Positions 46,588-56,794 of a stretch of 64,000 nt of DNA are shown here, piece by piece (positions within the stretch are counted from its first letter, which is position 1; each line of letters opens with the position of its first letter). Source of the DNA: a virus (lineage: Duplodnaviria; Caudoviricetes). The stretch spans positions 1 through 64,000 of the IMG/VR virus record IMGVR_UViG_3300037400_002553, one strand, 5' to 3'. The position numbers were made by a program, and so were the translations under genes. The notes beneath the pieces are model-generated. The model saw nothing but the letters and a program-made list of their open reading frames with translations, was not told where the DNA came from and searched no databases.

Positions 46588-48261
46588 TTAATTTTGCTCC
46601 TCGGTATATATCATTTCTAATGGTGTTGGATTGTATACAACATTTGGGAAATATTCAATTCTATCAAATGGCATTTTACTTGGTGCCTCTGAATAGTCAA
46701 GATTTTCATCCCAATTAAACCATGTTACAAATTCTGGCGAATCCATTGTAAAAGGTAACGACGAAATCCAAAGTGTATTTGTTAAAATTTTTTGTTGAGC
46801 CAAGTCATCATCTACAGTTGCTTTTACTTTATTACAATATCTGTACCACACGAAACATCTTTGACCATTGTATTCGACTGTTTCTCCATCATATTGTAAA
46901 TAATCTCCTTTACCATCTTCAATAAAGCCAGATTCAAGGTCATAATTGTACATTCTAACTCCAACATTAGCCATTTTAACTTTTCTCTCGCCATTATCAT
47001 ACTCATTAACTTGAGCAATACAAATATGGGCTGGCATTATATAATCCTTTTTATCCTCTCCACTGTCAATCGCTATGAGATATGCAATCTCTGGTGAATC
47101 TTCTGTTAATGGTAAATCTGGTTCTAAAGTTGTTGTTAATAAGAGCAAATGGCTATTAACGAAAAATTCCTCAAAACTACCTCCATTATATTCTTCATAT
47201 GGTCTCCAAAGATAATATGTTTCACCTTCAAATTCATATGTTTCATCATTCTCATTAATGAATGCTTCTTTTAATGTTAATGGGTATGAATTTGTTGATT
47301 CATATGTATAACTACTATGCTCACTGCTATCAATAACAAGGTATCTTTTAATAATTTTATTATCTTCATAAACTCTATCAGGGAAGTACTCTATTCTATC
47401 GAATGGTAAATCAACTGGGTCTGGATAACCGTCATCATAACTTATGCATGTTACAAATTCTGGTGAGTCTTTTGTAAATGGGAGGCTATGTATCCATAGT
47501 GTGTTAGTGTAAATTTGTTGTAAATTATACCAACCGTTATCTTTTCCTTCCTCGGTACATAATTCATCCGTATCATATCTATTCCACACAAAGCATCTTT
47601 GCCCTTCATAATCAACTGTTTCTCCATCGTATTGGAAATAATCCCATATATAATCATCCCCGCTATAATCAATTAGGCCATAATTAGTTTCATAAGCATA
47701 CATTCTAACTCCGACATTAGCCATCCTGGTTTCTTGCTCTCCAGTATTATATTCTATACATTCAGATAAGAAAATATACTTACCATCAGTATAAGTTGTT
47801 ATATTATCAACTTCGCCAGTTCCATTTGTTATAATAATTATATAACCAAATTCGCTTGAATCCATTGTAAAAGGTAATGAAACATCTAAATTGCTTGTTA
47901 ATAAATAGACATATGAGTCTTGCCTGTTATTAAACGGTTCAGGATTTGTACTTTCATTGTACTGTGCATACCCCTTCCATACATAATACGTGTTTCCTTC
48001 AAACTCCATTGTTTCATCATTTTCATTGACAAATGATTCTAACAGAGACAATGGATATTTATTAGTTTTTTCTATTAAGTAATTACTATGTTCACTACTA
48101 TCCCTCACCAAATATCTCTTGACAATTTTCTTTTCTGGCGGCTCAGGTTCTACCCATTTAGCAGGATAGGCAGGAAAATATCTTTCCCCGCCCATATAGA
48201 TTGCCCATTCATGGTTATCTATTTTCGTGTTATAATATTTCGGTATTAAAATTTCACTCAT
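46588..48261 (-). CDS. Acidic protein made of two ~255-aa tandem modules
   Basis: KRYLVxDSSEHS, MANVGVRMY, QYDGETVxYxGQRCFVW, TNTLWIxSLPFTxDSPEFVT and PFDRIEYFP each occur twice. Confidence 0.8.
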   Translation of the reverse strand: MSEILIPKYYNTKIDNHEWAIYMGGERYFPAYPAKWVEPEPPEKKIVKRYLVRDSSEHSNYLIEKTNKYPLSLLESFVNENDETMEFEGNTYYVWKGYAQYNESTNPEPFNNRQDSYVYLLTSNLDVSLPFTMDSSEFGYIIIITNGTGEVDNITTYTDGKYIFLSECIEYNTGEQETRMANVGVRMYAYETNYGLIDYSGDDYIWDYFQYDGETVDYEGQRCFVWNRYDTDELCTEEGKDNGWYNLQQIYTNTLWIHSLPFTKDSPEFVTCISYDDGYPDPVDLPFDRIEYFPDRVYEDNKIIKRYLVIDSSEHSSYTYESTNSYPLTLKEAFINENDETYEFEGETYYLWRPYEEYNGGSFEEFFVNSHLLLLTTTLEPDLPLTEDSPEIAYLIAIDSGEDKKDYIMPAHICIAQVNEYDNGERKVKMANVGVRMYNYDLESGFIEDGKGDYLQYDGETVEYNGQRCFVWYRYCNKVKATVDDDLAQQKILTNTLWISSLPFTMDSPEFVTWFNWDENLDYSEAPSKMPFDRIEYFPNVVYNPTPLEMIYTEEQN

Positions 48262-51208
48262 CCCCCGTTAAGTCTATTACTGTTATGGAGCCACTTCCAC
48301 TACCTGAGATTTGTTTCCAATAATCTTTTTTATAGATATCTCTGTTATATTTTGGATTCGGGTAATATTCATATTTTAAATTATTGAATGTAATACCTTT
48401 AACAATGCATCTTCTGCCATATTGTTCTGGATTTTCGCCATATTGTGTCCAAATTTTTATATAATCACAATCTCTACCTTGTAATGAAACCGTTTCTCTT
48501 AATAGTGGGTTTTGAATGTAGGTACGTTGTAATTTATATATTGTATATTTTTCACCTTGTGGATAATTGTCTATATAATCAAACAATATGTTTTCACCAT
48601 CGGTATGATTAACAGTCATTACAACGTTATTTATTTTTAATTTACCCCCCTGTCTTAATGAATTTATAAAATTTATGATATCTTCGCTTGATGGGCCTTT
48701 AATACCATATATTGGGTAGCCAGAACTAATCCCTTTACTATTTGCCAAAAAACTTGTTTCTACCCATTCCTCTGTATATTCATCACTATATTTTTTAAAC
48801 CACACATTTTTTGTTTGTTGTGGAGTTAAAATTTGGCTTACTCCTGTTCCAGGTGTTTCGTGGTCAACAAATGTTACATATTCTCCTTCGACGACAGATA
48901 TTTCTCTATCAAAACGCAAAAGCCAAGCACTGACATCATCACGATATGTATAGTTTATAATATTGTACGCTTCGCCATTATAATTTACATTTGTATAACC
49001 TTCATCTAATATGCTAATAAACACATCTATTGGTGTACCATTCGTTGAACGGATATATGCTTCATATGGCTCCAATTCTCCATCTTTAAAAAGTTCCCAT
49101 CCACTACTTACGCATTCACTAGTCCCTATTTCAACATATATATTAGCATTATCTGTCGTATAATCTTTAATATCAGAATCTGGGCCATTCCATGATTGTA
49201 AATTTACTTCTACTTCATTGAAAAGGAATCTTTTATTATCACCCTCATCTCTCATGGCGAGTAATACGCTACCGTAGTCATTACTACTACCAAGTTGCAT
49301 ACCTCTACCTTTTGTATTCTGTATCAATATGCTGCTACCACTAACATAATAATCCTCATAGGCTGCGCTTACAATATCTATTCTATCTTGGAATATAAAA
49401 TTACGTAATGAATTTCCACAATATCCCTGTGTTTTGTAATCACGTGAAAATTCTCTTAAATCAAGAGATAATCCAGAGTCATTATGTACTGCGGTATATA
49501 AACTATTATTCCATCTCAATAGTTGTTTTAATCTATTTTCACAAGAATCAGTTTGTCCTTCTTCGATGATTGGCAAATCTTCATCATTAGGCCAGTCATA
49601 TGTCTGTACGTCGCCAATACATGGTTTGTTAAATAAATCAGTATAACTACCAGTCCTTGCAACTTTTGGTAAAGCATTAATTTTGTCTTCTATATCTTGT
49701 ATCTTAGCAATCTGAGACCAATAATATCTATCGCCTTCACCTTCACCTTTTTTAATTATTTTATGTAAATAACAACGTCTATTCGTATTGATATATACTT
49801 CAGAAGAAGCGGGAACATTTACAATAGTCCATTTCTTTTCTAATAAATTTATATTATCAAATACTTCAACCTCATATTCCTCAGTATCTCCAGCATCGCC
49901 ATCATTAACTTCTATCGTTGTATAATCCTGCTCTATAATCGCTTCTTGTGTTGAACTATTAAAACTGATATAAGGACTAAAATATAAATCAACATCTGTT
50001 TTGGTTGAAAGGAAAATAGAACCACTGTTATTCTTAGTGCCGACACGGATTGGTGTAATTGTAACTCTTTCTCCTAAGTCATTTATCCAATAACGGTTAT
50101 CAGCGTAAATTTGTTCAATTCCATTAACACTATCAATCCAAACTTCACTTGGGTCAATATATCCACGCAACTCATCAGTATCATTAATTTGTCCACCTGT
50201 TTTAGGATGTACAATATCTATAACGAATCCACCCTCACCAGGATTATATTCTGCATCAGTAACGTAAATATTATTATTCTCAATCTCCCTATAGAATCTT
50301 TTTCTTGTGTCCTCCGTTGCTGGTGTTGTATCTTCTATCGGCAATTCTTCTTCAGAAACCTCTTCCCATACCAAGAAATCAGAGAATATACTGTTTTCAT
50401 AATCCTCTCGACTTGCACATGAAGCTAATTGGAGTGTTAATGATTTGAGAAGAAATGGGCTATTATCCTTAAGATAAAGATAATCCGCATAATTCATTTC
50501 TGTATATGAACCATTCTCACCAAAGGTTTCAGTATGAGTTTGTACTTGAGGCGGATATTCTGTATCTGTTTCATCTGTAAAAGAATATACTCCGTCTAAT
50601 AAGTCATCTGCACTAATCTGAATATCACCTTGATATGATTCTTCATCTTCCTCATTATAATTCGATTGATATTTTACTGTATATCCCCTTATATATAGTG
50701 TGTTCCAATAATTGAATTGTTCTTTATCGTTTCTTTGTTCGAATGCAAATTCAAAATCTTTATCCAACAATATAGAGTCTTTTTCTTTAGGTAAATCAAG
50801 ACAAGTAAAATCCGTTCCCCCATCGTTATAAACCATCACAATATTCATTCCATTCTGATTAATGAAATCCATGAATATTTCCCTTGTGACATATCCATCT
50901 CCATTAGTTGGAATCTTACTAAAATCCAACGTAAGCGTGTTTAATTTCTTTGCCCTATATAATTCCCCATCATATGCATAAATCTTTCCTAATTGCTCTT
51001 GAGATGGGTACAACGGCAATTCAGATAGTTCTTCCACTACCTTCTCCGTATCTCTAATGGCCTTGGCATTTTCTTCCATATATTCATCCAGGCCATTAAC
51101 ATCACTTGTTTCATGTCTGTGCCCTATTTGAGAAAAATATTCATTAATTTTATCCCATAGATATTGAACACCAATTTTATCTAAAAATCTTTTATTGTCG
51201 TTTGCCAT
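48254..51208 (-). CDS. Long acidic tail fibre/spike-like protein
   Basis: FLDKIGVQYLWDKI, HRHETSDVNGL and KVARTGSYTDLFNKP fibre motifs. Confidence 0.6.
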   Translation of the reverse strand: MANDNKRFLDKIGVQYLWDKINEYFSQIGHRHETSDVNGLDEYMEENAKAIRDTEKVVEELSELPLYPSQEQLGKIYAYDGELYRAKKLNTLTLDFSKIPTNGDGYVTREIFMDFINQNGMNIVMVYNDGGTDFTCLDLPKEKDSILLDKDFEFAFEQRNDKEQFNYWNTLYIRGYTVKYQSNYNEEDEESYQGDIQISADDLLDGVYSFTDETDTEYPPQVQTHTETFGENGSYTEMNYADYLYLKDNSPFLLKSLTLQLASCASREDYENSIFSDFLVWEEVSEEELPIEDTTPATEDTRKRFYREIENNNIYVTDAEYNPGEGGFVIDIVHPKTGGQINDTDELRGYIDPSEVWIDSVNGIEQIYADNRYWINDLGERVTITPIRVGTKNNSGSIFLSTKTDVDLYFSPYISFNSSTQEAIIEQDYTTIEVNDGDAGDTEEYEVEVFDNINLLEKKWTIVNVPASSEVYINTNRRCYLHKIIKKGEGEGDRYYWSQIAKIQDIEDKINALPKVARTGSYTDLFNKPCIGDVQTYDWPNDEDLPIIEEGQTDSCENRLKQLLRWNNSLYTAVHNDSGLSLDLREFSRDYKTQGYCGNSLRNFIFQDRIDIVSAAYEDYYVSGSSILIQNTKGRGMQLGSSNDYGSVLLAMRDEGDNKRFLFNEVEVNLQSWNGPDSDIKDYTTDNANIYVEIGTSECVSSGWELFKDGELEPYEAYIRSTNGTPIDVFISILDEGYTNVNYNGEAYNIINYTYRDDVSAWLLRFDREISVVEGEYVTFVDHETPGTGVSQILTPQQTKNVWFKKYSDEYTEEWVETSFLANSKGISSGYPIYGIKGPSSEDIINFINSLRQGGKLKINNVVMTVNHTDGENILFDYIDNYPQGEKYTIYKLQRTYIQNPLLRETVSLQGRDCDYIKIWTQYGENPEQYGRRCIVKGITFNNLKYEYYPNPKYNRDIYKKDYWKQISGSGSGSITVIDLTGDE

Positions 51209-51236
51209 TGTATTAGTCTATATATTTTCTTTTTAA

Positions 51237-52061
51237 TTAACAATCTATTAAATTTCCTGGGATACATTGAGGCACTAATATTTCATCTAATTCCTCCTCT
51301 GTTATTACATCTATATCATCATTGGATACTAAAAATTTCCATTTATATTCGTCTGGTACTGATATTTCTGTTTTTTTGTATAATTGAATTAAATGTTGAT
51401 TACTCTTGAAATATCTAAACCTATTTCCACCACTGTTCTTTTGTAATTTAGGCCCTGCACTTGACGTTACAATTACATTTCCATTTTCATCAAAACTAAT
51501 AGTATTTACAAACGGTGCATCCGCATTTGTATTCATACCATTACTATTAGACGTTCTACCAATATATAGCCCGCTTTTTGATTGTATAGATACTCCGCCG
51601 TCAATATCCGATATAATAAATGCCGAATCACTCGTTGTTCCATCAAATGGTATCTCATCATCTTCTATAGTTACGGAAATAACATTACCATCAACGTCTA
51701 ATGTAGATAATGAACCATCAAAAGCAATACTACTTGCCTCACGCACAAATAAATATTCCCCACCACTCACATATTCATTAATATCAGTAACCTTTTTCCA
51801 CACATAAGTACTTTCACCTGGAGTCTTGTCTACAACCATTACATTATCATTTTCATCCCTGAAAATAAAATTTCTATCTTCTTCTGTTGGATTAGATAGT
51901 GACAAACCAGGGAAAATAGATTTCTCTATCTTCTTTGATAATTTATGTGTAGGATTCTCTAATGAACCACCACATGTTACATCATTTGTTGAATGAGATT
52001 GCTCCGATACAACCTTATCCTTTATATCTATACTACTATTTTCGTAATTACTATTTTTCAT
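51237..52061 (-). CDS. Hypothetical protein with a bacterial surface-protein-like beta domain
   Basis: WKKVT..SG.EYL...AFDG.L..LD...SI....G.YIG.TSN.NG...RFRYFKS.Q..IQLYKK. Confidence 0.55.
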   Translation of the reverse strand: MKNSNYENSSIDIKDKVVSEQSHSTNDVTCGGSLENPTHKLSKKIEKSIFPGLSLSNPTEEDRNFIFRDENDNVMVVDKTPGESTYVWKKVTDINEYVSGGEYLFVREASSIAFDGSLSTLDVDGNVISVTIEDDEIPFDGTTSDSAFIISDIDGGVSIQSKSGLYIGRTSNSNGMNTNADAPFVNTISFDENGNVIVTSSAGPKLQKNSGGNRFRYFKSNQHLIQLYKKTEISVPDEYKWKFLVSNDDIDVITEEELDEILVPQCIPGNLIDC

Positions 52062-52111
52062 ATATCAATAAATACTTTTTAATGTAGGAATTAATATAAT
52101 ATCTGGCAGAA

Positions 52112-55100
52112 TTATTCTATCACGGCATCCTCTACTGTCCAGTTAGTTGGTATACCATTATTGCTCGTAGGCCAACTTGTTGCTTCAGGATGTTTAACAA
52201 ATGTGCCACTATTTGTTTGAACACCATATACCCATTGATATGTACTGTCATTCTGGTTTATACCATTAACCGCCAGACATTTAATATAATTTAAACTTGT
52301 ACAACCATGGAACATACTTTTATAACAATAATTTGCTAATGTAGTTGCTGGTAACACAGGCGCTGTTGTTAAACTACTACAACCTTGGAACATACTATTA
52401 TAACAACCTTCTGCTAATGTAGTAGCAGGTAATATTGACGGTGCAGTTGTTAAACCAGTACAATCTTGGAACATATAACAATAACAATTACTTGCTAATG
52501 TAGTAGCAGGTAATTCTGGAGCAGTTGTTAAACCAATACAATTATAGAACATATAAAAATAACAACCTTCCGCTAATGTGGCGGCAGGTAACACAAAATC
52601 ATCTACATTTACTATTGCATAACAATTTTGGAATAATCTATAAAATTCATAATAATTAACATATTCTAATTCTTCATTGTAGTCTTTAAGGTACATTATA
52701 TTACCCAATAAATCACATTGACCATTTACAATATTAAACCATGTATAACTACCTCCATCTCTACTAAATCCATTAGGATTATATCCTCTAAAATATACAT
52801 AATCACTATATCCTTCACTTAAAGAAATAGTTAAATTATTGTTATTCCAAATATTATACCAATTCAATCCATCATAACTATATTCAACATTGGCTGGATA
52901 ACTTCCATTATAGCCCATTGAGATATTAGTAACATCATTAGAAATAGATTTAACCATTATTGCTTTTACTTCTCTATGGTGAGCATATAATGTCATATTC
53001 CCTACAACGTAGTCCTCTTCGAAATTCCATTCATTTCCATCCTCATCTTCCCAGTATTCGAATTCATATAAATCTTTATGTACACTTCCTGGGTCTTCTA
53101 TGTATGCACCACAACGTACATATTGTACTGATGGTGTTGTTTCTCCACTTAAACTATCAAATGTAATGGTATATATACTATTACCGAAGATTAATTCTCT
53201 ATAATCATACCAATCTTCTGATTCACGATAATCTGTGATTAAATCATCTGGCACTATAATGAGAGAAAGATTATCACAACCTTGGAATGCATTTGTATTT
53301 TGCAAATTAATTTTATTTGGATTATTTGACAAATCAACCGTTTCGAGAGAAGTGCATAATGTAAAACAACTTTTTGGTATTAATGTTACGCTGCTTCCGA
53401 TGGTTGCGTATGTTAAACTCTGACAAAAGCCAAATGCTGAATTACCAATATTTATAACACTATGCGGTATATTAATACTGATTAAGCCGCGGCATCCAAA
53501 AAATGAACCATCCCCGATAGTTACTATTGTGTTTGGAATGGTAATAGCTGTTATTTTTTCAAGCGAAAAACATAAAGTATTTGGTATAGTTGTACAATGT
53601 TCACCAAACTCAAATTCTGTTATTGTTTGATTATGGTTATTAAATTTAGTTTCATACCCACTTAACGATGTATCATTAACATCCCATACTACTCTTCGTA
53701 AATTATTACAATTACTAAATGCATTATTAGATAATGTTCTAACATTTTGAGGAATAGTAACAGCCGATATACTTGAAACTGCAAATGCAAAATTATTAAT
53801 ATTAACCGTACTATCTGTCATAGTAATGTTGCTCAAATTTGTATTTCCGCCAAACAAATTAGTACTAATAGTTTCAATATTATTAGTATTAACGCTTCTC
53901 AAATCACAATTTGCAAATGCGCCAACACCAGCAACAGTAACACTATCAGGAATAGTAATAGCAGTTAATGAAGAATCATTCATAAATGCTTGATTACCAA
54001 TTGTAGTTACATTATTACCTAATGTTACATCACTCAAACTACTACAATCTTTGAATAGATAGTTAGAAATAATAGGTACATTAATATTAACCACTTGTAA
54101 AGCAATACAACTTCTAAATGTTGATTCTCCTATACTTTCTACTGTGTCAGGCACAACAACAGTACCATTCAACGCCGTACAACCACGGAACACATTATCA
54201 CCAATTGTTAATAAACCATCAGGTAATGTAATACTCGTCAATCTTGTACATTCATCGAATGCACCACTTGCAATATGTTTAATATTATCGGGTAATGTGG
54301 TAACATTACAACCTTGAATAAGTGTTAATTGATTGTTAATAGCAGAACGTCTACCTCTTGTGGCAACTGGCTTCTCTATAATACAATTACATTCTACACC
54401 TTGGCTATTTCTACTTGTATATTTAGGGTTATTCTCATCTACTACTAGGCTTTGTAAACCATCACAACTTGCGATTGCATATGTTTCAATATCTGTTAAA
54501 CCACTTGGTATATATAGATTTTCTAAGTGAACACATCTGAATAATGTATATGCTGGCAAACTCGCAATATTTTCGAGGTTGATTTCTCTAATTCTACTGT
54601 AATCCAAGAATACTCTATATGTTTCACCGTCACTTAACTTATTAATGCCAGTAAATTCAGGTAATTCAGTCCATGACTCTAATTCATAGAAACAGTTACC
54701 ATAATGCACTTCATTAACATAATGCGCATCATTAAGGAGATATTTTACACCATTTTTACCATAGCAGAAACACTCGCTTATGTTAAAATAATTACCATTT
54801 TTATCCCAACACACGCCTTCATATAGATTATAACCCACCATAATGATGTTGTCTACACCATCCTCGTCATATATAATACTATCATAAACTGGAATAATAT
54901 TTCCATTCTCATCCTCAATAACGGTTAATTTTTTTGACGCTTCTGCTACCATTTCGTCTGTAATGCTTTGTATTTCACTTAATGTTATATAATCAGGGCT
55001 ACTACTCCAACCATTTTCATAACAAATTTTTAATAATATCCTATTATCATCACTTGTCATAAACGGAGTAATATAATATACCGTTGATTCGGCTTCCACA

Positions 55101-55801
55101 TTTCTCAATGTTGTTATATTCGTATCCCAATATCCTCCGTTAACAAACTCTGAATAATCTAATTCTGGGTATCTTAACAATGTATTTGTATCAGTTACCT
55201 TAACATCGGTTATATGTGTAGATATTTCTTCACCCTCTCTCTTTTTTCTAAAATGTATGGTTATTTCTGGTTTTTCATTGATTTGATATTCAGGTTTCCA
55301 TCCATCCTTATTATTTGTTTCCCATTCGCCTTCATATACAAATCTCCAACTACCTTCATATGTTTTTCCAGTATCCTCACCAACATATTCGGATGCATCT
55401 ACGATAACGATATAATCACCTTGTCTTGGCATTCTGTTTCCTTCACCATCTTCTGGATATTCGTCGCTATCAGTTGGAACATCATTCCACGTATTCCAAT
55501 TTCCCCTAAAAGCAGAACTTGTACTATGAATTAAATCAAGTACGTATTGTTTGTCGGCTAATTGATTTAGCGGAGTTGCAGCATCTGGAATGAGTGCTTC
55601 AACATTTTCATTTGTTTCACCATATAATCTAGTACCTAGATAAATTTCAAAATGCACTGGATTCTCACATCTTACAAACCATAAATAACCAAGTTTTTCA
55701 GAATCTTGTAACTCTGAAAAAGCGGTTTTTGTCATTTGTTTTATACCTAAAAACGGTCTTTGTTCTACGGACATATTATAATCTATATATTTTATTATCA
55801 A
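52112..55801 (-). CDS. Adhesin-like protein: BspA-type LRR array, InlB B-repeat and LPATTLA repeats (start may be MSVEQ)
   Basis: SITLPDGLLTIGDNVFRGC-type repeats; YTITFDS..G...F.YW....WNF..D.V.GNMTLYA; C-terminus NWTVEDAVIE. Confidence 0.8.
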   Translation of the reverse strand: MIIKYIDYNMSVEQRPFLGIKQMTKTAFSELQDSEKLGYLWFVRCENPVHFEIYLGTRLYGETNENVEALIPDAATPLNQLADKQYVLDLIHSTSSAFRGNWNTWNDVPTDSDEYPEDGEGNRMPRQGDYIVIVDASEYVGEDTGKTYEGSWRFVYEGEWETNNKDGWKPEYQINEKPEITIHFRKKREGEEISTHITDVKVTDTNTLLRYPELDYSEFVNGGYWDTNITTLRNVEAESTVYYITPFMTSDDNRILLKICYENGWSSSPDYITLSEIQSITDEMVAEASKKLTVIEDENGNIIPVYDSIIYDEDGVDNIIMVGYNLYEGVCWDKNGNYFNISECFCYGKNGVKYLLNDAHYVNEVHYGNCFYELESWTELPEFTGINKLSDGETYRVFLDYSRIREINLENIASLPAYTLFRCVHLENLYIPSGLTDIETYAIASCDGLQSLVVDENNPKYTSRNSQGVECNCIIEKPVATRGRRSAINNQLTLIQGCNVTTLPDNIKHIASGAFDECTRLTSITLPDGLLTIGDNVFRGCTALNGTVVVPDTVESIGESTFRSCIALQVVNINVPIISNYLFKDCSSLSDVTLGNNVTTIGNQAFMNDSSLTAITIPDSVTVAGVGAFANCDLRSVNTNNIETISTNLFGGNTNLSNITMTDSTVNINNFAFAVSSISAVTIPQNVRTLSNNAFSNCNNLRRVVWDVNDTSLSGYETKFNNHNQTITEFEFGEHCTTIPNTLCFSLEKITAITIPNTIVTIGDGSFFGCRGLISINIPHSVINIGNSAFGFCQSLTYATIGSSVTLIPKSCFTLCTSLETVDLSNNPNKINLQNTNAFQGCDNLSLIIVPDDLITDYRESEDWYDYRELIFGNSIYTITFDSLSGETTPSVQYVRCGAYIEDPGSVHKDLYEFEYWEDEDGNEWNFEEDYVVGNMTLYAHHREVKAIMVKSISNDVTNISMGYNGSYPANVEYSYDGLNWYNIWNNNNLTISLSEGYSDYVYFRGYNPNGFSRDGGSYTWFNIVNGQCDLLGNIMYLKDYNEELEYVNYYEFYRLFQNCYAIVNVDDFVLPAATLAEGCYFYMFYNCIGLTTAPELPATTLASNCYCYMFQDCTGLTTAPSILPATTLAEGCYNSMFQGCSSLTTAPVLPATTLANYCYKSMFHGCTSLNYIKCLAVNGINQNDSTYQWVYGVQTNSGTFVKHPEATSWPTSNNGIPTNWTVEDAVIE

Positions 55802-55804
55802 TTA

Positions 55805-56650
55805 TTACATTTTATAGAAGGTATCAGCAAATTTTAATATACCATTTAAATGAACTCTAACAATTGCATTTTTACCCTCATCACTAGTAATGAATCTTGC
55901 GTCATCTATATTTGTGTAGAAGAAATTTTCAGTCAATACCGCTGGCATATTTGCCTTAACTAACACAGTAAAATCGGACTCCCAATCTCTATCTCCATCT
56001 TTTTTATCTGTTCTTATAGTTTTACCAAGAGGCTTTAATATCTCCTCGGCAGCATCATATAAGCAATCAGCCAATTTATCAGAATTGTTTTGGCCCTTCG
56101 TTGTGAAACAACTCCATCCGTTAGCCTTTGTCCATTTATCACCCATCCCATCAGCGTCAGAATGAATTGAAATATAAACTCCTTTCTTGCCGCTTTTCTT
56201 TACATAATCATTTGCCCTACCAGCCCTTTTTGATAGACCAAGGTCTGTGTCCTTATCCCTTTCTGCATCAGTAGTGATGAACACATCAATACCAAACTCT
56301 CTTAACATTGGCTTTAGTATATAAGCAATTTCTCTATTAAATTCCCACTCTTCAAATGGTATTTCTGGACTGGAAACTTTTTTAAGTGAATATGGTGATT
56401 TTTTTCCTGGTGTAGTAATCGCGTGCCCTGGATCAAGAACAACTACTAATCCGTTATACATTTTTCTGCTATCAGCAATTCCAATTGCTTCACCTTCATT
56501 AATTTCATTCATAACATTTTCCTCCTTATTAATTATAATTTCATCAATAACCTCATCCGTAGATTTAACATCTACTATAATCGGCTCACTATTATTTGTT
56601 TTTACAAATAATGATTTAATGAATTCTATTATTTTTCTTATAATACTCAT
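55805..56650 (-). CDS. N-acetylmuramoyl-L-alanine amidase (Amidase_3), probable endolysin
   Basis: LDPGH, EWEFNREIA, ISIHSDA, AVLTENFF Zn/catalytic motifs. Confidence 0.9.
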   Translation of the reverse strand: MSIIRKIIEFIKSLFVKTNNSEPIIVDVKSTDEVIDEIIINKEENVMNEINEGEAIGIADSRKMYNGLVVVLDPGHAITTPGKKSPYSLKKVSSPEIPFEEWEFNREIAYILKPMLREFGIDVFITTDAERDKDTDLGLSKRAGRANDYVKKSGKKGVYISIHSDADGMGDKWTKANGWSCFTTKGQNNSDKLADCLYDAAEEILKPLGKTIRTDKKDGDRDWESDFTVLVKANMPAVLTENFFYTNIDDARFITSDEGKNAIVRVHLNGILKFADTFYKM

Positions 56651-56703
56651 TTATGATAAATACTTTTTCCATGAATAAAACAAAATAATTTTGCCCTAAA
56701 ATA

Positions 56704-56733
56704 TTGACACAATCAAATTTTTATGTATATTTA
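56704..56733 (+). promoter_or_regulatory. Host-type promoter upstream of the DNA polymerase gene
   Basis: TTGACA (56704-56709), 16-nt spacer, TATATT within the shared TGTATATTTA motif. Confidence 0.55.
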
Positions 56734-56794
56734 ATTTGAAAATAAGTGGATGTATGTCTATTGCATACTAACACAAACGCTAATATTATAATTT

